A stretch of 64,000 nt of DNA, taken from assembly GCA_902555985.1 (NCBI GenBank), contig CACDUI010000006.1, positions 1,709-65,708 on the forward strand, given 5' to 3'. The translations under genes were made by a program, and so were the position numbers. Numbering within the stretch: position 1 is the stretch's first letter; each line of letters starts with the position of its first letter. This document shows positions 27,579 through 37,557 of the stretch, piece by piece. This DNA comes from an uncultured Candidatus Actinomarina sp. Its GTDB lineage: Bacteria > Actinomycetota > Acidimicrobiia > Actinomarinales > Actinomarinaceae. The notes under the pieces are model-generated. The model was given only the letters and a program-made list of their open reading frames with translations, did no database searches and had not been told where the DNA came from.

Positions 27579-28703
27579 TTATCTAAATATCTCTCTCAAA
27601 TATTCTTTATCAGGGGGAGTAAATATTGTTTTAATAGTATTTTCAAATAATTTATGAAATAAAGGAAGCTGCTCTTTTACTTCAGTAGGAGTACTAATAG
27701 TGAACTCATCATGAGGTAGGTCATATATGTCACCGTATCCCCATTCAGTTATTATTCCCCAAAATGCAAACTCTATGGAAGTAATTCTATTGAAATCTTC
27801 AATATTTCCAGAATTATTTATTCTTTCATAACTAGAAGTATCAAAAATATTATTTTCAATTGCCTCGTTCACAGCTAGATTTATTTCAGAGTTTGGATTT
27901 TCCCAATCCCACTCTTTAAACTCTAAAGCAAAAGCAACCCCCGTAACAGTATGTAATAAATGTTCAACCACTTCTCCAATTTGTTCATCTGCACTTGCAT
28001 CAGGATATTCCCAAATAAAGTCTGTCTGATTATCGTCATAACCTTTTCCAGGACAACAATCAATACCTGGAGGATCAGAATCTAACCCATAGCGTTCTGG
28101 ACCTTCATATCCAATTTTTTGAAAAACAAAATCATTCTTTACTGTTTGCAGGTAACTATTTCTTATATCTTGATCAATATATTCACCTTCTTGAAGCATG
28201 AGGTAATATACTTCACCAACTTTATATATAAACTCATCTCCAACTTCTGGAAGGACAAACATTCTTAGACCTGCTACATCAATATATCTGTGATAATCAA
28301 GATAAGAATCATCTTCAACTATTTCTCCTAAAGATACAGTAGGCTCCCAACTTGTTTCTTCTCTTACTTCAGCTGTTTCCTCTCTATTACCACTTTCATC
28401 ACCTTCATTGATTTTTACTTCGCATTCATCAATTAAAATATTAAATTCGTCATAAAAAGATTCATCATATCCTTCATCAAACCTTACTTGTATATCTGAA
28501 TCTGTTATCTCAGGAGAAGGAAGGTCGCTAAGCCCACTGTTTTCTATACATTCATAAATTTCAAATATAGGATAATCTAAAGGCCAATCTAGAGTTTCAA
28601 AATTATCACCATTCGCTTTTTCCCTTGAGCCAGCACTAGAGTCTTCACCATCAGACCCACAGGAAATAAGAGTGATTGTTAATAAAATAATTACTTTTTT
28701 CAT
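27579..28703 (-). CDS. Hypothetical acidic lipoprotein
   Basis: MKKVIILLTITLISCGSDGE signal from ATG 28703. The longer track ORF (to 28775) adds a non-signal extension. Confidence 0.6.
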   Translation of the reverse strand: MKKVIILLTITLISCGSDGEDSSAGSREKANGDNFETLDWPLDYPIFEIYECIENSGLSDLPSPEITDSDIQVRFDEGYDESFYDEFNILIDECEVKINEGDESGNREETAEVREETSWEPTVSLGEIVEDDSYLDYHRYIDVAGLRMFVLPEVGDEFIYKVGEVYYLMLQEGEYIDQDIRNSYLQTVKNDFVFQKIGYEGPERYGLDSDPPGIDCCPGKGYDDNQTDFIWEYPDASADEQIGEVVEHLLHTVTGVAFALEFKEWDWENPNSEINLAVNEAIENNIFDTSSYERINNSGNIEDFNRITSIEFAFWGIITEWGYGDIYDLPHDEFTISTPTEVKEQLPLFHKLFENTIKTIFTPPDKEYLREIFR

Positions 28704-28704
28704 A

Positions 28705-29680
28705 TTAAAGTTCAGACCTTTTATTTGACTCCTCTTTTCGTAGAAAGTTAAAGAAACTAATAGTTGCAACAGCACACAATAAATGCCAGATCATATGTGC
28801 TTGAATTAAGGAATCTGGATTACACCAAGGGTGGCTAGGCATTCCAATTTCACGAATCCAAAAAAGCACTATAAAAAGAAATGTAGCCAATAAATGCCCA
28901 AGGACTATAAGTTCTTTGAACATTTGAATTTATATTTGGAATAAATATTGGAATTAAATTAAGGAAAGATTTCCAACTATCTTGAATGTTAAGTATTAAA
29001 TTAATAACATCTATTCCAAACAGTTGCATCACTATTAGAACTGTTACTAAAGCTACAACTCTTCCAAGTAAATTGGGAAGTTTAATTAGTATCTCAGTTG
29101 AAATCCACAAACCAATACTTAGTTCAAATAAATCAACACCAATTCCAAGTCCTGAATCTAAAAACCAATAACTATATGCATAGTAAGACAGCAATATTGA
29201 GTAGCTAATAAAGAATGTTCTATTTGATAAATTTTTGAGAATTTTTAAATTGTACAACCAGAAAATTAAGATGTATGAAATCATTGATACATTGTCTAAC
29301 CAAGCTCCAAAGGCAGTGTGTGTTCCGTGCATTGCCATTGAACCTGGACCAAGAAAAGTAGATGCAGAGGCATAAAGTAAAGCTATCTTGAATGATCCGA
29401 ATAAAGGATCTCTGTTATTTGTTGCATCTTGTGTTATCTTGTAAAACATAAATAAACCAGCAACTACAAAACCTAAATTTCCTAAGGTATTTACGGGCTC
29501 TCTAAAAAAACCACTACTAACCCTTTCACACCATCTAGAGATTTCACCTATAGCTTGTTCATTTTGAGCTGCTGGACCCCATCCGTTATATCCAAAAATT
29601 ACGAATAATAGAGCAGTAAAAAATACAGAATAAAGAGCGTACGAAAAATAATTGGCTTGTAGTTTACTTCTTGGTTTCAT
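28705..29680 (-). pseudogene. Alkaline-ceramidase-like 7-TM hydrolase, interrupted by a frameshift near 28925
   Basis: ORF 28850-29680 carries EPVNTLGNLGF and MHGTH motifs. The last TM with HMIWH (HxxxH) is in another frame (28705-28923). Confidence 0.5.
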
Positions 29681-30830
29681 TTAATGCAGACTCCATGTCT
29701 TCTATCAAGTCTTCAACATTTTCGAGTCCAACAGATATTCTGATCAAGTCAATAGGCGCACTAGCCTCAGTGTCTTGAGCATTATCGTGAGTCATTAAAT
29801 ATGGAAGTTCGATTAAAGTTTCTACACCACCCAAGCTAACTGCAAGTTTATATAAATCTAATGATTGCCAAAATTTTTCTTGATCTATACTTTCCTCTAA
29901 ATAAAAGCTCATCATTCCACCAAAATAATCCATCTGCTTAACTGCAATATCATGGTTCTCATAATTTTTTAAGCCTGGATATCTAATCTCTTTTATGTGC
30001 TCAGAATTTTCTAAATATTCAGCTAATTTATGGGCATTTTCTGAGTGAAGTTTTATTCTTGGACCAAGTGTGTAGAGCCCTCTTTGAACCAAGTAAGAGT
30101 CAAATGGAGACATGATTGCACCACCTTGTCTCTGGTAAAGCATTAATGTTTCATGAAGTTCAGCATCTTTACACAAAACTGCTCCGCCAAGAGTGTCACT
30201 ATGTCCTCCAATATATTTTGTAGTTGAATGCATAATAATGTCTACACCATGCTCAAAAGGTCTTGTGATAAAAGGAGTAGAAAACGTACTATCTGCAACC
30301 AGTAATGTTTCATGTTGATGAACTATTTCAGAAATTTTTTGTAAGTCATATAGTTTCATAGATGGATTTGAAGGAGACTCTATCCAAGCTAGTTTTGTTT
30401 TTTCATTTAATAAATCATTTAATGCATCGTGATCATCAAAATCACAGAAATTCACTTCTATTCCACGTTCTCTTATAATTTTTGAAAAATAGTTTGTCGT
30501 ACCCCCATAAACATCTTTGGTAATTACAACATTGTCACCTGGTTTAGCAAGTTCAGCAATCATACTTACAGCTGACATCCCTGAGGCCATTGCAAAAGCA
30601 TGTTGTTCTTCATAGTTTTCAATACCTTCAAGTGAAGCCAATGTTCTCTCAAAAAGTTCTCTAGTTGGATTATTTACTCTTCCATAAAAATATTCTGATT
30701 CACCAGGTATTTCATTTTTGTAAGTTGTAGAAAGATGAAGTGGAGGCATTATGTCACCGCTAATTGGTTCAAAACGCTTGTGGGCATGAAGAGCTTTAGT
30801 GTTCATTCCATAATTTTTAGATTTCCCCAT
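29664..30830 (-). CDS. Cys/Met-metabolism PLP-dependent enzyme (cystathionine gamma-synthase/lyase family)
   Basis: HSTTKYIGGHSD PLP-lysine motif and family-typical N-terminal region. Confidence 0.85.
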   Translation of the reverse strand: MGKSKNYGMNTKALHAHKRFEPISGDIMPPLHLSTTYKNEIPGESEYFYGRVNNPTRELFERTLASLEGIENYEEQHAFAMASGMSAVSMIAELAKPGDNVVITKDVYGGTTNYFSKIIRERGIEVNFCDFDDHDALNDLLNEKTKLAWIESPSNPSMKLYDLQKISEIVHQHETLLVADSTFSTPFITRPFEHGVDIIMHSTTKYIGGHSDTLGGAVLCKDAELHETLMLYQRQGGAIMSPFDSYLVQRGLYTLGPRIKLHSENAHKLAEYLENSEHIKEIRYPGLKNYENHDIAVKQMDYFGGMMSFYLEESIDQEKFWQSLDLYKLAVSLGGVETLIELPYLMTHDNAQDTEASAPIDLIRISVGLENVEDLIEDMESALNETKK

Positions 30831-30888
30831 ACATGGAGTTTAAATCATTTGATAAACATTGGTTAAATAATTTTGCTAATTTGGTTTT

Positions 30889-31314
30889 ATGATTAAAAAA
30901 ATTTATATTGCAGGTCCACTTTTTAATAAACATGAACAAATGTATCTAGAAGAAATTGCAAAAGAGCTTGAAGGGAATGGGTATGATTGTTTTCTTCCTC
31001 ATAGGGATGCTTCAACTGGTATTGATGAGTCCGAATTAAAAGATACAGATATGTCACAGGAGACTAAAGACATAATATTTAAAAACGATCTCGACGCATT
31101 AGATGCAGCAGATTTAACTGTAGCTCTTCTAACTGGTCAGGATATAGATTCTGGAACTTCAGCAGAGATAGGGCACACTTTTGCAAAGGGAAAACCCGTA
31201 ATTGCTATAAACGCCAATGAGAGAAGGTATAGAAACTTATTTGTTGAAGGAATGTTGACAGTAACTGTTAATAATATAGATGAAATAATCCCTGAAATTA
31301 AAAAATTAGGCTGA
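30889..31314 (+). CDS. Nucleoside 2-deoxyribosyltransferase family protein
   Basis: IYIAGPLF N-terminus and SGTSAEIG motif. Confidence 0.7.
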   Translation: MIKKIYIAGPLFNKHEQMYLEEIAKELEGNGYDCFLPHRDASTGIDESELKDTDMSQETKDIIFKNDLDALDAADLTVALLTGQDIDSGTSAEIGHTFAKGKPVIAINANERRYRNLFVEGMLTVTVNNIDEIIPEIKKLG

Positions 31315-32550
31315 AACTAGTAAGTTTTTAAAACCTCGAATACCGAAAGCACCTGTTCTTGATGGCTCTTCAATTAAGCTGAACTGTTTTTCAAGAATAT
31401 GATTGAAAGAAACTCCTAATTCTAATTTTGCTAAATGTGTACCAATACAAAAATGTATACCCCCACCCCAGCTACTGTGATCTTTCATTTCACGTTTAAA
31501 ATTTATTTGATCAGGATTTTCAAATATACGAGGATCTCTATTAGCGGAACCAAGTAAAATTGCTACTTTTGATCCCTTACTGATATTATGGCCACCAATT
31601 TCAATATCTTCTAAAGCATATCTTTGAAAAAATTGCAATGGACTATCATATCTAATTAATTCCTCTACAACATCGTTTATATCTTCCGTTTCACTTTTTA
31701 TTTCCTCAAAAGATTTTTCTAAGGTTAAAAGTGCATGTAAACCATTACCCAATGTATTCACGGTAGCTTCATGTCCAGCATTAAGTAATAAAATAACAGT
31801 ACAAATAATTTGGTCATCAGTTAGAAAGTTGTTGTCTTCTGAAACTTGTGACAACCTTGTAATCATGTCATCTTGAGGATCTTCTCTTCTTTTATCTAAT
31901 AAATTTTGAGTATATTCTATAAATTGTTTTGCTGCCTCTTCTGCATTGTTAGCATTCTGATCGCTAACTTCAAAGTCATACATTTTGACAATTTTATGTG
32001 ACCAATCAAGAAATTCTAAATGATCACTTTCAGGAACACCTAAAAGTTTTCCAATAATACTTACAGAATATGGTTGAGCATAATCTTTCAACATATCAAA
32101 CTCTGTTCCTTTAAGATTATTAAAAAGTTCATTAGATGTTTCTTCCATAAAAGGTAACAATTGTTGCACAGATCTTGGTAAGAATGCTTTGGCAACCAAC
32201 CCCCGGAGTTCTTTGTGAAGTTGACCTTCTAAATTTAAAAGTGAAAACTCTTCAGATTTCCAAAAATTTTCATATGTTCCAAATTGATCAGACCTTTTAT
32301 AAGCAGTTGAAGTAATTGGTATGGCTTGATTTTTAATAGTTTCTTCAAATCCATCTATATGATTAAAAGTTGTACCGAATGATTTTGTAGACTGGATGCT
32401 GCGAACATCCTTATACCTAGTAAAAAAGAACAGATCATTGATTTCATCCCAGAACACAGGTGTGCTTTCTCTAAATTCTGCCATTTTTATATAAGGATTT
32501 TTTATAAACTCTTTGTTTTCCGTAGGTAGATGAAGTTCAGGAATATTCAT
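31306..32550 (-). CDS. Cytochrome P450
   Basis: Heme-Cys loop WGGGIHFCIGTHLA, AGHEAT I-helix and ELIRYDSP (ExxR) motifs. Confidence 0.85.
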   Translation of the reverse strand: MNIPELHLPTENKEFIKNPYIKMAEFRESTPVFWDEINDLFFFTRYKDVRSIQSTKSFGTTFNHIDGFEETIKNQAIPITSTAYKRSDQFGTYENFWKSEEFSLLNLEGQLHKELRGLVAKAFLPRSVQQLLPFMEETSNELFNNLKGTEFDMLKDYAQPYSVSIIGKLLGVPESDHLEFLDWSHKIVKMYDFEVSDQNANNAEEAAKQFIEYTQNLLDKRREDPQDDMITRLSQVSEDNNFLTDDQIICTVILLLNAGHEATVNTLGNGLHALLTLEKSFEEIKSETEDINDVVEELIRYDSPLQFFQRYALEDIEIGGHNISKGSKVAILLGSANRDPRIFENPDQINFKREMKDHSSWGGGIHFCIGTHLAKLELGVSFNHILEKQFSLIEEPSRTGAFGIRGFKNLLVSA

Positions 32551-32640
32551 ATCATTAAACTATCACTTTTAACAGCAATTTCTACAAATTTATAAAAAAT
32601 TTTAGTGACCTTTTATAGATGGTTTGATATCATCTCAACC

Positions 32641-33411
32641 ATGACAGAAAAAAAATCTATGCTAGACGGACAAAAACAATACCATATCGGACTAGAACAA
32701 GGTGATGTTGCTGACTTTGTAATTTTGCCAGGAGACCCAGGAAGAGTAGAGTTCATTGCTGGACATTTTGATGAAGCAAAAGAAGTTGCATTTAACAGAG
32801 AGTACAAAACATACACCGGTACATATAAAGGCAGACCAGTAAGTGTAATGTCAACAGGAATGGGTTGCCCTTCAACAGCAATTGGTGTAGAAGAACTAGC
32901 AAACATAGGCGTCAAAACAATGGTTCGACTGGGAACATCTGGAGCTATGCAGGAACATACAAGAGTTGGAGACTTAGTAATAGCAAATGGTGCTGTAAGG
33001 CAAGAAGGTACATCTTTAGAGTATATGCCAATTGAATACCCTGCTGTTGGGTCAGCTGATATGGTATTTGCACTTGAGCAAGCTGCGAAAGATAAGGGAA
33101 GCACTTATCACATTGGCGTTGTGCAAACAAAAGATTCTTTCTACGGACAACATGACCCTGATTCAATGCCTGTTTCTTATGATTTAAATCAAAAATGGGA
33201 AGCCTGGGTTCGAGGTGGCGTATTGTGTTCAGAAATGGAAGTCTCTGCTTTATTCGTAGTTGGGAACTATAGAAGAGTAAGAACAGGAGCTTTACTAGTA
33301 ATTTATGGTGACCAATCTAGAAAAGAAGCTCTAAATAAAGATACATATTTAGATTCTGTAAGCAATGCGACAAATATTATTTTGGAATCTAGCTTAACCA
33401 TCGATCAGTAG
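32641..33411 (+). CDS. udp: Uridine phosphorylase (PNP/UDP-1 family)
   Basis: LPGDPGRVE, STGMGCPSTAIGVEEL, RLGTSGA and EMEVSAL are collinear with E. coli Udp. ATG 32641 is preferred over GTG 32605. Confidence 0.8.
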   Translation: MTEKKSMLDGQKQYHIGLEQGDVADFVILPGDPGRVEFIAGHFDEAKEVAFNREYKTYTGTYKGRPVSVMSTGMGCPSTAIGVEELANIGVKTMVRLGTSGAMQEHTRVGDLVIANGAVRQEGTSLEYMPIEYPAVGSADMVFALEQAAKDKGSTYHIGVVQTKDSFYGQHDPDSMPVSYDLNQKWEAWVRGGVLCSEMEVSALFVVGNYRRVRTGALLVIYGDQSRKEALNKDTYLDSVSNATNIILESSLTIDQ

Positions 33412-33428
33412 AAGTTTAGTTTTAAAGA

Positions 33429-34295
33429 TTAGCTGTAAGAAGATTGAGTCCCTTTTTTTGTAACTGACTGACTAGCTTTTTCTACTGCCTTTTTTATACA
33501 TACTTCTGGAGAGTTTGATTCTGATAATTCATATGCAAAAGTCCCAATAAATGAATCTCCAGCTCCAGTAGTATCTATTGCATCTACAGTTGGTGCGTCA
33601 AAATAAAGAGTTTCATTCTTATCAACTAAAACAGCTCCTTTTTCACCTAAAGTAACAATTAAATTACAAGGTATCTCTTTGTTAAATTTTAAAAAATTTT
33701 CATCATTAGATTCCATGCCACTTATTAATTCAAATTCATTTTCATTTGGGATTAACCAGCTAATGTGTTCCAAAAATTCTCTTTCAAGGCTTCTTGCAGG
33801 AGCAGGGTTAAAAATTGTTGTGATAGAGTTACTCCTCGCAAATTGGAAAACCTCATTATTAACCTCCATAGGAATTTCACATTGCCCAACTAAAACTGAA
33901 ATATTCCCAATTTCTTCCATTGAAGATATTGCTTTTTGTGCATCTATTTCATTATTTGCACCAGGAATAACAATTATTCTATTTTGCCCTGTTGAGTCAA
34001 CCCAAATCGGCGCTACACCACTAGCACCTCTAACCATTTGTATATGATCAGTATTTACATTATTTGCTTCGTAGTTAGTTACTGTCATCTCTTTATAAAC
34101 ATCATCGCCCAAACATGTAATCATATATACATCAGCTCCAAGTAGTCCGGCCATGACAGCCTGGTTAGCTCCCTTTCCTCCAAAACCCATTTGAAATGAA
34201 TCCCCAAATAGTGTTTCCCCATCAGACGGAATATTTTGAGTATATGCTATTTGATCAATATTTGAACTTCCTATTACACAGATTTTTGAACTCAT
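33429..34295 (-). CDS. rbsK: Ribokinase
   Basis: GGKGANQAV and DTTGAGDSFIG PfkB signatures. Confidence 0.85.
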   Translation of the reverse strand: MSSKICVIGSSNIDQIAYTQNIPSDGETLFGDSFQMGFGGKGANQAVMAGLLGADVYMITCLGDDVYKEMTVTNYEANNVNTDHIQMVRGASGVAPIWVDSTGQNRIIVIPGANNEIDAQKAISSMEEIGNISVLVGQCEIPMEVNNEVFQFARSNSITTIFNPAPARSLEREFLEHISWLIPNENEFELISGMESNDENFLKFNKEIPCNLIVTLGEKGAVLVDKNETLYFDAPTVDAIDTTGAGDSFIGTFAYELSESNSPEVCIKKAVEKASQSVTKKGTQSSYS

Positions 34296-34343
34296 AAAAT
34301 AAGTATAAAATTTTTTTCATTAATATCTACTAAGATTCTTAGT

Positions 34344-35324
34344 GTGAAAATTAATTGGGACTCAGAAGTCTTAAGTTCTGTATCAAAAGCTATTCACCAG
34401 CTTGAACACCTGTCTATAGACCTTGATTCAATTGAAAATACTGCAGATTGGTTAGCTTATGAAGAATTTTCATTTCCAAAAAACAATCAGGTTAGAGAAA
34501 ATCCTGAAGATTTTATAAGAGCAACAATGTTTATGAATACCTTAAATTTTGCATTCACAGATTTTCAAACATCTATTAAATATGAAGTTAAACGAGGTAG
34601 TGAAACACTTTCAGACAGTGAAGCGATGTATTTCCAAGTCAATGAAGCAATAGACTCAGGAAATAATTTAGTTGATGGAAAAATTATGGCCACACTCACA
34701 TTAGAACAACTAGCCAATATTTTTTCTGGCAATATTGAAATGCCCATGCTTAAAGAACGTGTAGAGATTTTAAATGATGTAGGTCAAAAGCTAGTTGATA
34801 ACTATGAAGGCGATTGGCTTAACTTTATTAATAATGGCCCAAAAAAACTATACGCAAAAGGAGAAGGTTTAATAGAGAGGTTAGTAAATGAGTTTCCTAG
34901 ATTTGATGATTCATCAGAATATAGGGGAAATAAAGTAAAGTTCTACAAATTAGCTCAATTAGCATTTTGGGGAATACATGGTGAACTTTCAGGCTCAAAT
35001 TACTTCAAAATAGAGGATATGCATTCAATGACAGCTTTTGCTGATTACATTGTTCCTGTTGCATTAAATGTTATGAAAATTATTACATACACACCTCAGT
35101 TAGATGAAAAAATAAGAGATGGAGAAATGATAGAAAGAGATTCTGAAGAGGAAATTGAGATAAGGTCTGCTTCTATTTATGCAACAGCAATTTTGACAGA
35201 GAAGGTAAATGAAAGAAGGCCTGAAAATAAATCAATAATAATTCCGCAACTTGATTACAGATTGTGGAAAAATTATCACGCTACACACCACCCTCACCAT
35301 TTGACCTACACAACAATGTATTGA
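34344..35324 (+). CDS. Qng1/DUF2419-like queuosine salvage protein
   Basis: FYKLAQLAFWG, MTAFADYIVP, EEEIEIRSASIYA and QLDYRLW match my recollection of the DUF2419 (queuosine 5'-phosphate N-glycosylase/hydrolase) pattern. GTG start. Confidence 0.7.
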   Translation: MKINWDSEVLSSVSKAIHQLEHLSIDLDSIENTADWLAYEEFSFPKNNQVRENPEDFIRATMFMNTLNFAFTDFQTSIKYEVKRGSETLSDSEAMYFQVNEAIDSGNNLVDGKIMATLTLEQLANIFSGNIEMPMLKERVEILNDVGQKLVDNYEGDWLNFINNGPKKLYAKGEGLIERLVNEFPRFDDSSEYRGNKVKFYKLAQLAFWGIHGELSGSNYFKIEDMHSMTAFADYIVPVALNVMKIITYTPQLDEKIRDGEMIERDSEEEIEIRSASIYATAILTEKVNERRPENKSIIIPQLDYRLWKNYHATHHPHHLTYTTMY

Positions 35325-35325
35325 G

Positions 35326-35904
35326 ATGAAAATATCTTACTTCATTAGGTTTGTAATATTTTTTTTAATCTTTAATACATGCACATCAGAAATCTCAACT
35401 CCTGAAAAAATTAGCGACTGTATTATGTTGGCAGATAATATTGAAGAGGTTTTTGACACAATCCAGATTGAAGCTTATGAGAGTGAGATATACAGGACTT
35501 ATTCCGGTATTGATGCAACAAAACTTGATTATGTAAATGAAGCTTTGAGGATTAACAAAATTGGAATTGATGGTCTTGAAAAAATTATCTCAATTTATGA
35601 AATCAATAATGATCACTTGTCCGGCTTAATAGATGGTTTTTACAATAATTTTCTAGATTCAAGAGAAGCAAATATTGCGCTTGAAAAACATTTAATATCT
35701 GTAAATAACCAATGGACTATACAAGATGAAGTTGATTGGTGGGAAGAAAACCAGCAATATAGTATAAAAAATTGGAGAGATTCAGATCAGTACCTTCAAT
35801 TAATGTCAGAGAAATCACAAAATACTTTATATCCTGATCCAGATTTTGTGGTTAGTGACAGTTATCCAAAAAATGTATTGCGAAGGCATTGTGATAGTTT
35901 GTAA
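35326..35904 (+). CDS. Hypothetical exported protein
   Basis: N-terminal hydrophobic signal (FIRFVIFFLIFNTC). The start is 1 nt after the upstream stop. Confidence 0.5.
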   Translation: MKISYFIRFVIFFLIFNTCTSEISTPEKISDCIMLADNIEEVFDTIQIEAYESEIYRTYSGIDATKLDYVNEALRINKIGIDGLEKIISIYEINNDHLSGLIDGFYNNFLDSREANIALEKHLISVNNQWTIQDEVDWWEENQQYSIKNWRDSDQYLQLMSEKSQNTLYPDPDFVVSDSYPKNVLRRHCDSL

Positions 35905-35925
35905 ATTTTTTGATATTCTAATTAA

Positions 35926-36894
35926 ATGACAAAGAGAAAATTTTTTATAGATACAGACACTGCTTCAGATGATGCAGTTGCATTACTGATGGCACTTGAG
36001 TACCCAGATGTAGAAGTCTTAGGAGTGAGTATAGTTTCTGGAAACATGCCTGTTGAGCAAGGAAGTATCAATGCAAGATATACAATTGAGCTTTGTGAAA
36101 AGGAAGTCCCAGTTTATGTAGGATCAGATAAGCCTATAGTCAAGAAAAGAGAACATGCAGATTGGTTTCATGGACCAGATGGAATGGGAAATATGAATTA
36201 TCCTCCACCTAAACTTAGCGAAGATAAATCTGATTACATAGAAGTCTTAAAATCTTTAATCGAAAAATACCCAAATGAAATTACTCTTGTGACATTAGGT
36301 CCATTAACTAATATAGGAAAATTTATAAAAGAGTATCCAGATTTATTTTTAAAACTCAAGAACATAGTGATAATGGGCGGAGCTTCCACAACAGTGGGCA
36401 ACGTGACTCCAGCTGCTGAATACAATATCTGGTGTGATCCGGAGGCTGCTGATACTGTTTTTAATTCTAATCATCCTGAGATAACAATGGTTGGATGGGA
36501 GTTATGTCGGGGAGGAGCAAACCTGACTGAGGATGAAATGGATTACGTATATAGTTTTAAAACCAAAAAGGGAGATTTTACAATAGATTGTAACAAGCAC
36601 GCTCTTGATTCAAGTCAAAACTGGCTGGGTGATCCTGGATTAGGACTTCCAGATCCGGTTGCTATGGCAGTAGCACTAAATGATGATGTTGTTTTAAAAA
36701 GCAACCGCCATCATGTCAAAATAGTTTTAGACGGCCCGGCAAGAGGCATGACAATCGTTGATGAATTAAATGTAGGAGAAAGTGAACCCCATATTGATGA
36801 GCACTGGTCTCACACTACTAAAAACATAAATGTTATTTGGGAGATTGATAATGACCAATGGAAAGAAACTTTATATCAAACTTTAAAAAACTAG
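35926..36894 (+). CDS. Nucleoside hydrolase (inosine-uridine-preferring, IUNH family)
   Basis: IDTDTASDDAVAL aspartate cluster at the N-terminus and a later WCDPEAA motif. Confidence 0.85.
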   Translation: MTKRKFFIDTDTASDDAVALLMALEYPDVEVLGVSIVSGNMPVEQGSINARYTIELCEKEVPVYVGSDKPIVKKREHADWFHGPDGMGNMNYPPPKLSEDKSDYIEVLKSLIEKYPNEITLVTLGPLTNIGKFIKEYPDLFLKLKNIVIMGGASTTVGNVTPAAEYNIWCDPEAADTVFNSNHPEITMVGWELCRGGANLTEDEMDYVYSFKTKKGDFTIDCNKHALDSSQNWLGDPGLGLPDPVAMAVALNDDVVLKSNRHHVKIVLDGPARGMTIVDELNVGESEPHIDEHWSHTTKNINVIWEIDNDQWKETLYQTLKN

Positions 36895-37499
36895 TCTTCT
36901 TTCCAAGTTTCTTCTAGAAAACCTTTTCTTCCACTTGCCTGAGCATACATTTTGTACCTCATGCTTTGTTTCTTATAGAAATCTTGATGGTACTCCTCAG
37001 CTATATAAAACTTAGGAGCTACTGTTATCGCAGTAACAATTGGCTTATTAAATTTTCCTGAGCTATCTAAATCTTCCTTAGACTTTTCAGCAAGAATTTT
37101 TTGATTGTCACCAACTGTAAAAATCTCAGTTCGATACTGTGATCCAACATCAGCAAACTGGTAGTTTAAAGCAGTTGGATCAATGTTGCGCCAAAACACT
37201 TCTAACAACTCTTCATATTTAATAATCTCAGGATCAAATAATATTTCAACAACTTCAGCATGTCCAGTTTCACCCGTTGTTACTTCTTCGTAGGTAGGAT
37301 TTTCCACTGAACCACCCATGTATCCAGATGTTGCTTCTATTACTCCTTCTAAGTCTTCAAAAGGAGGTTCCATACACCAAAAACATCCTCCTCCGAAATA
37401 TGCTTTTTCATATTTATCGTTCATTACTTCTTCACTTTCTATTGCAGCACATGAAATAAATAATAGTAATAATAGAACTTTTACTGATTTCATATTCAA
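36891..37499 (-). CDS. msrA: Peptide methionine (S)-S-oxide reductase MsrA, exported/lipoprotein form
   Basis: GGGCFWCME active site, preceded by the signal peptide LLLLFISCAA. Confidence 0.9.
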   Translation of the reverse strand: MNMKSVKVLLLLLFISCAAIESEEVMNDKYEKAYFGGGCFWCMEPPFEDLEGVIEATSGYMGGSVENPTYEEVTTGETGHAEVVEILFDPEIIKYEELLEVFWRNIDPTALNYQFADVGSQYRTEIFTVGDNQKILAEKSKEDLDSSGKFNKPIVTAITVAPKFYIAEEYHQDFYKKQSMRYKMYAQASGRKGFLEETWKED

Positions 37500-37557
37500 A
37501 TATTAAACCAGATAGAAAAAAGTAATAAATTTAAATTTTTAGTTATATTCTATGCTT

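Noticed and set aside
27579-28775. Longest-ORF N-terminal extensions in the track: 27579-28775, 32605-33411, 49368-49736, 62083-62373 and 46957-47496.
   Set aside because: Internal ATGs give proper signal peptides, an SD or family-typical N-termini (28703, 32641, 49416, 62325, 46966). The extensions overlap neighbouring genes or the terminator hairpin.
28900-28960. Programmed ribosomal frameshift in the ceramidase-like gene.
   Set aside because: There is no slippery heptamer and no downstream stimulatory structure at the required position. A mutation or a sequencing indel is more parsimonious.
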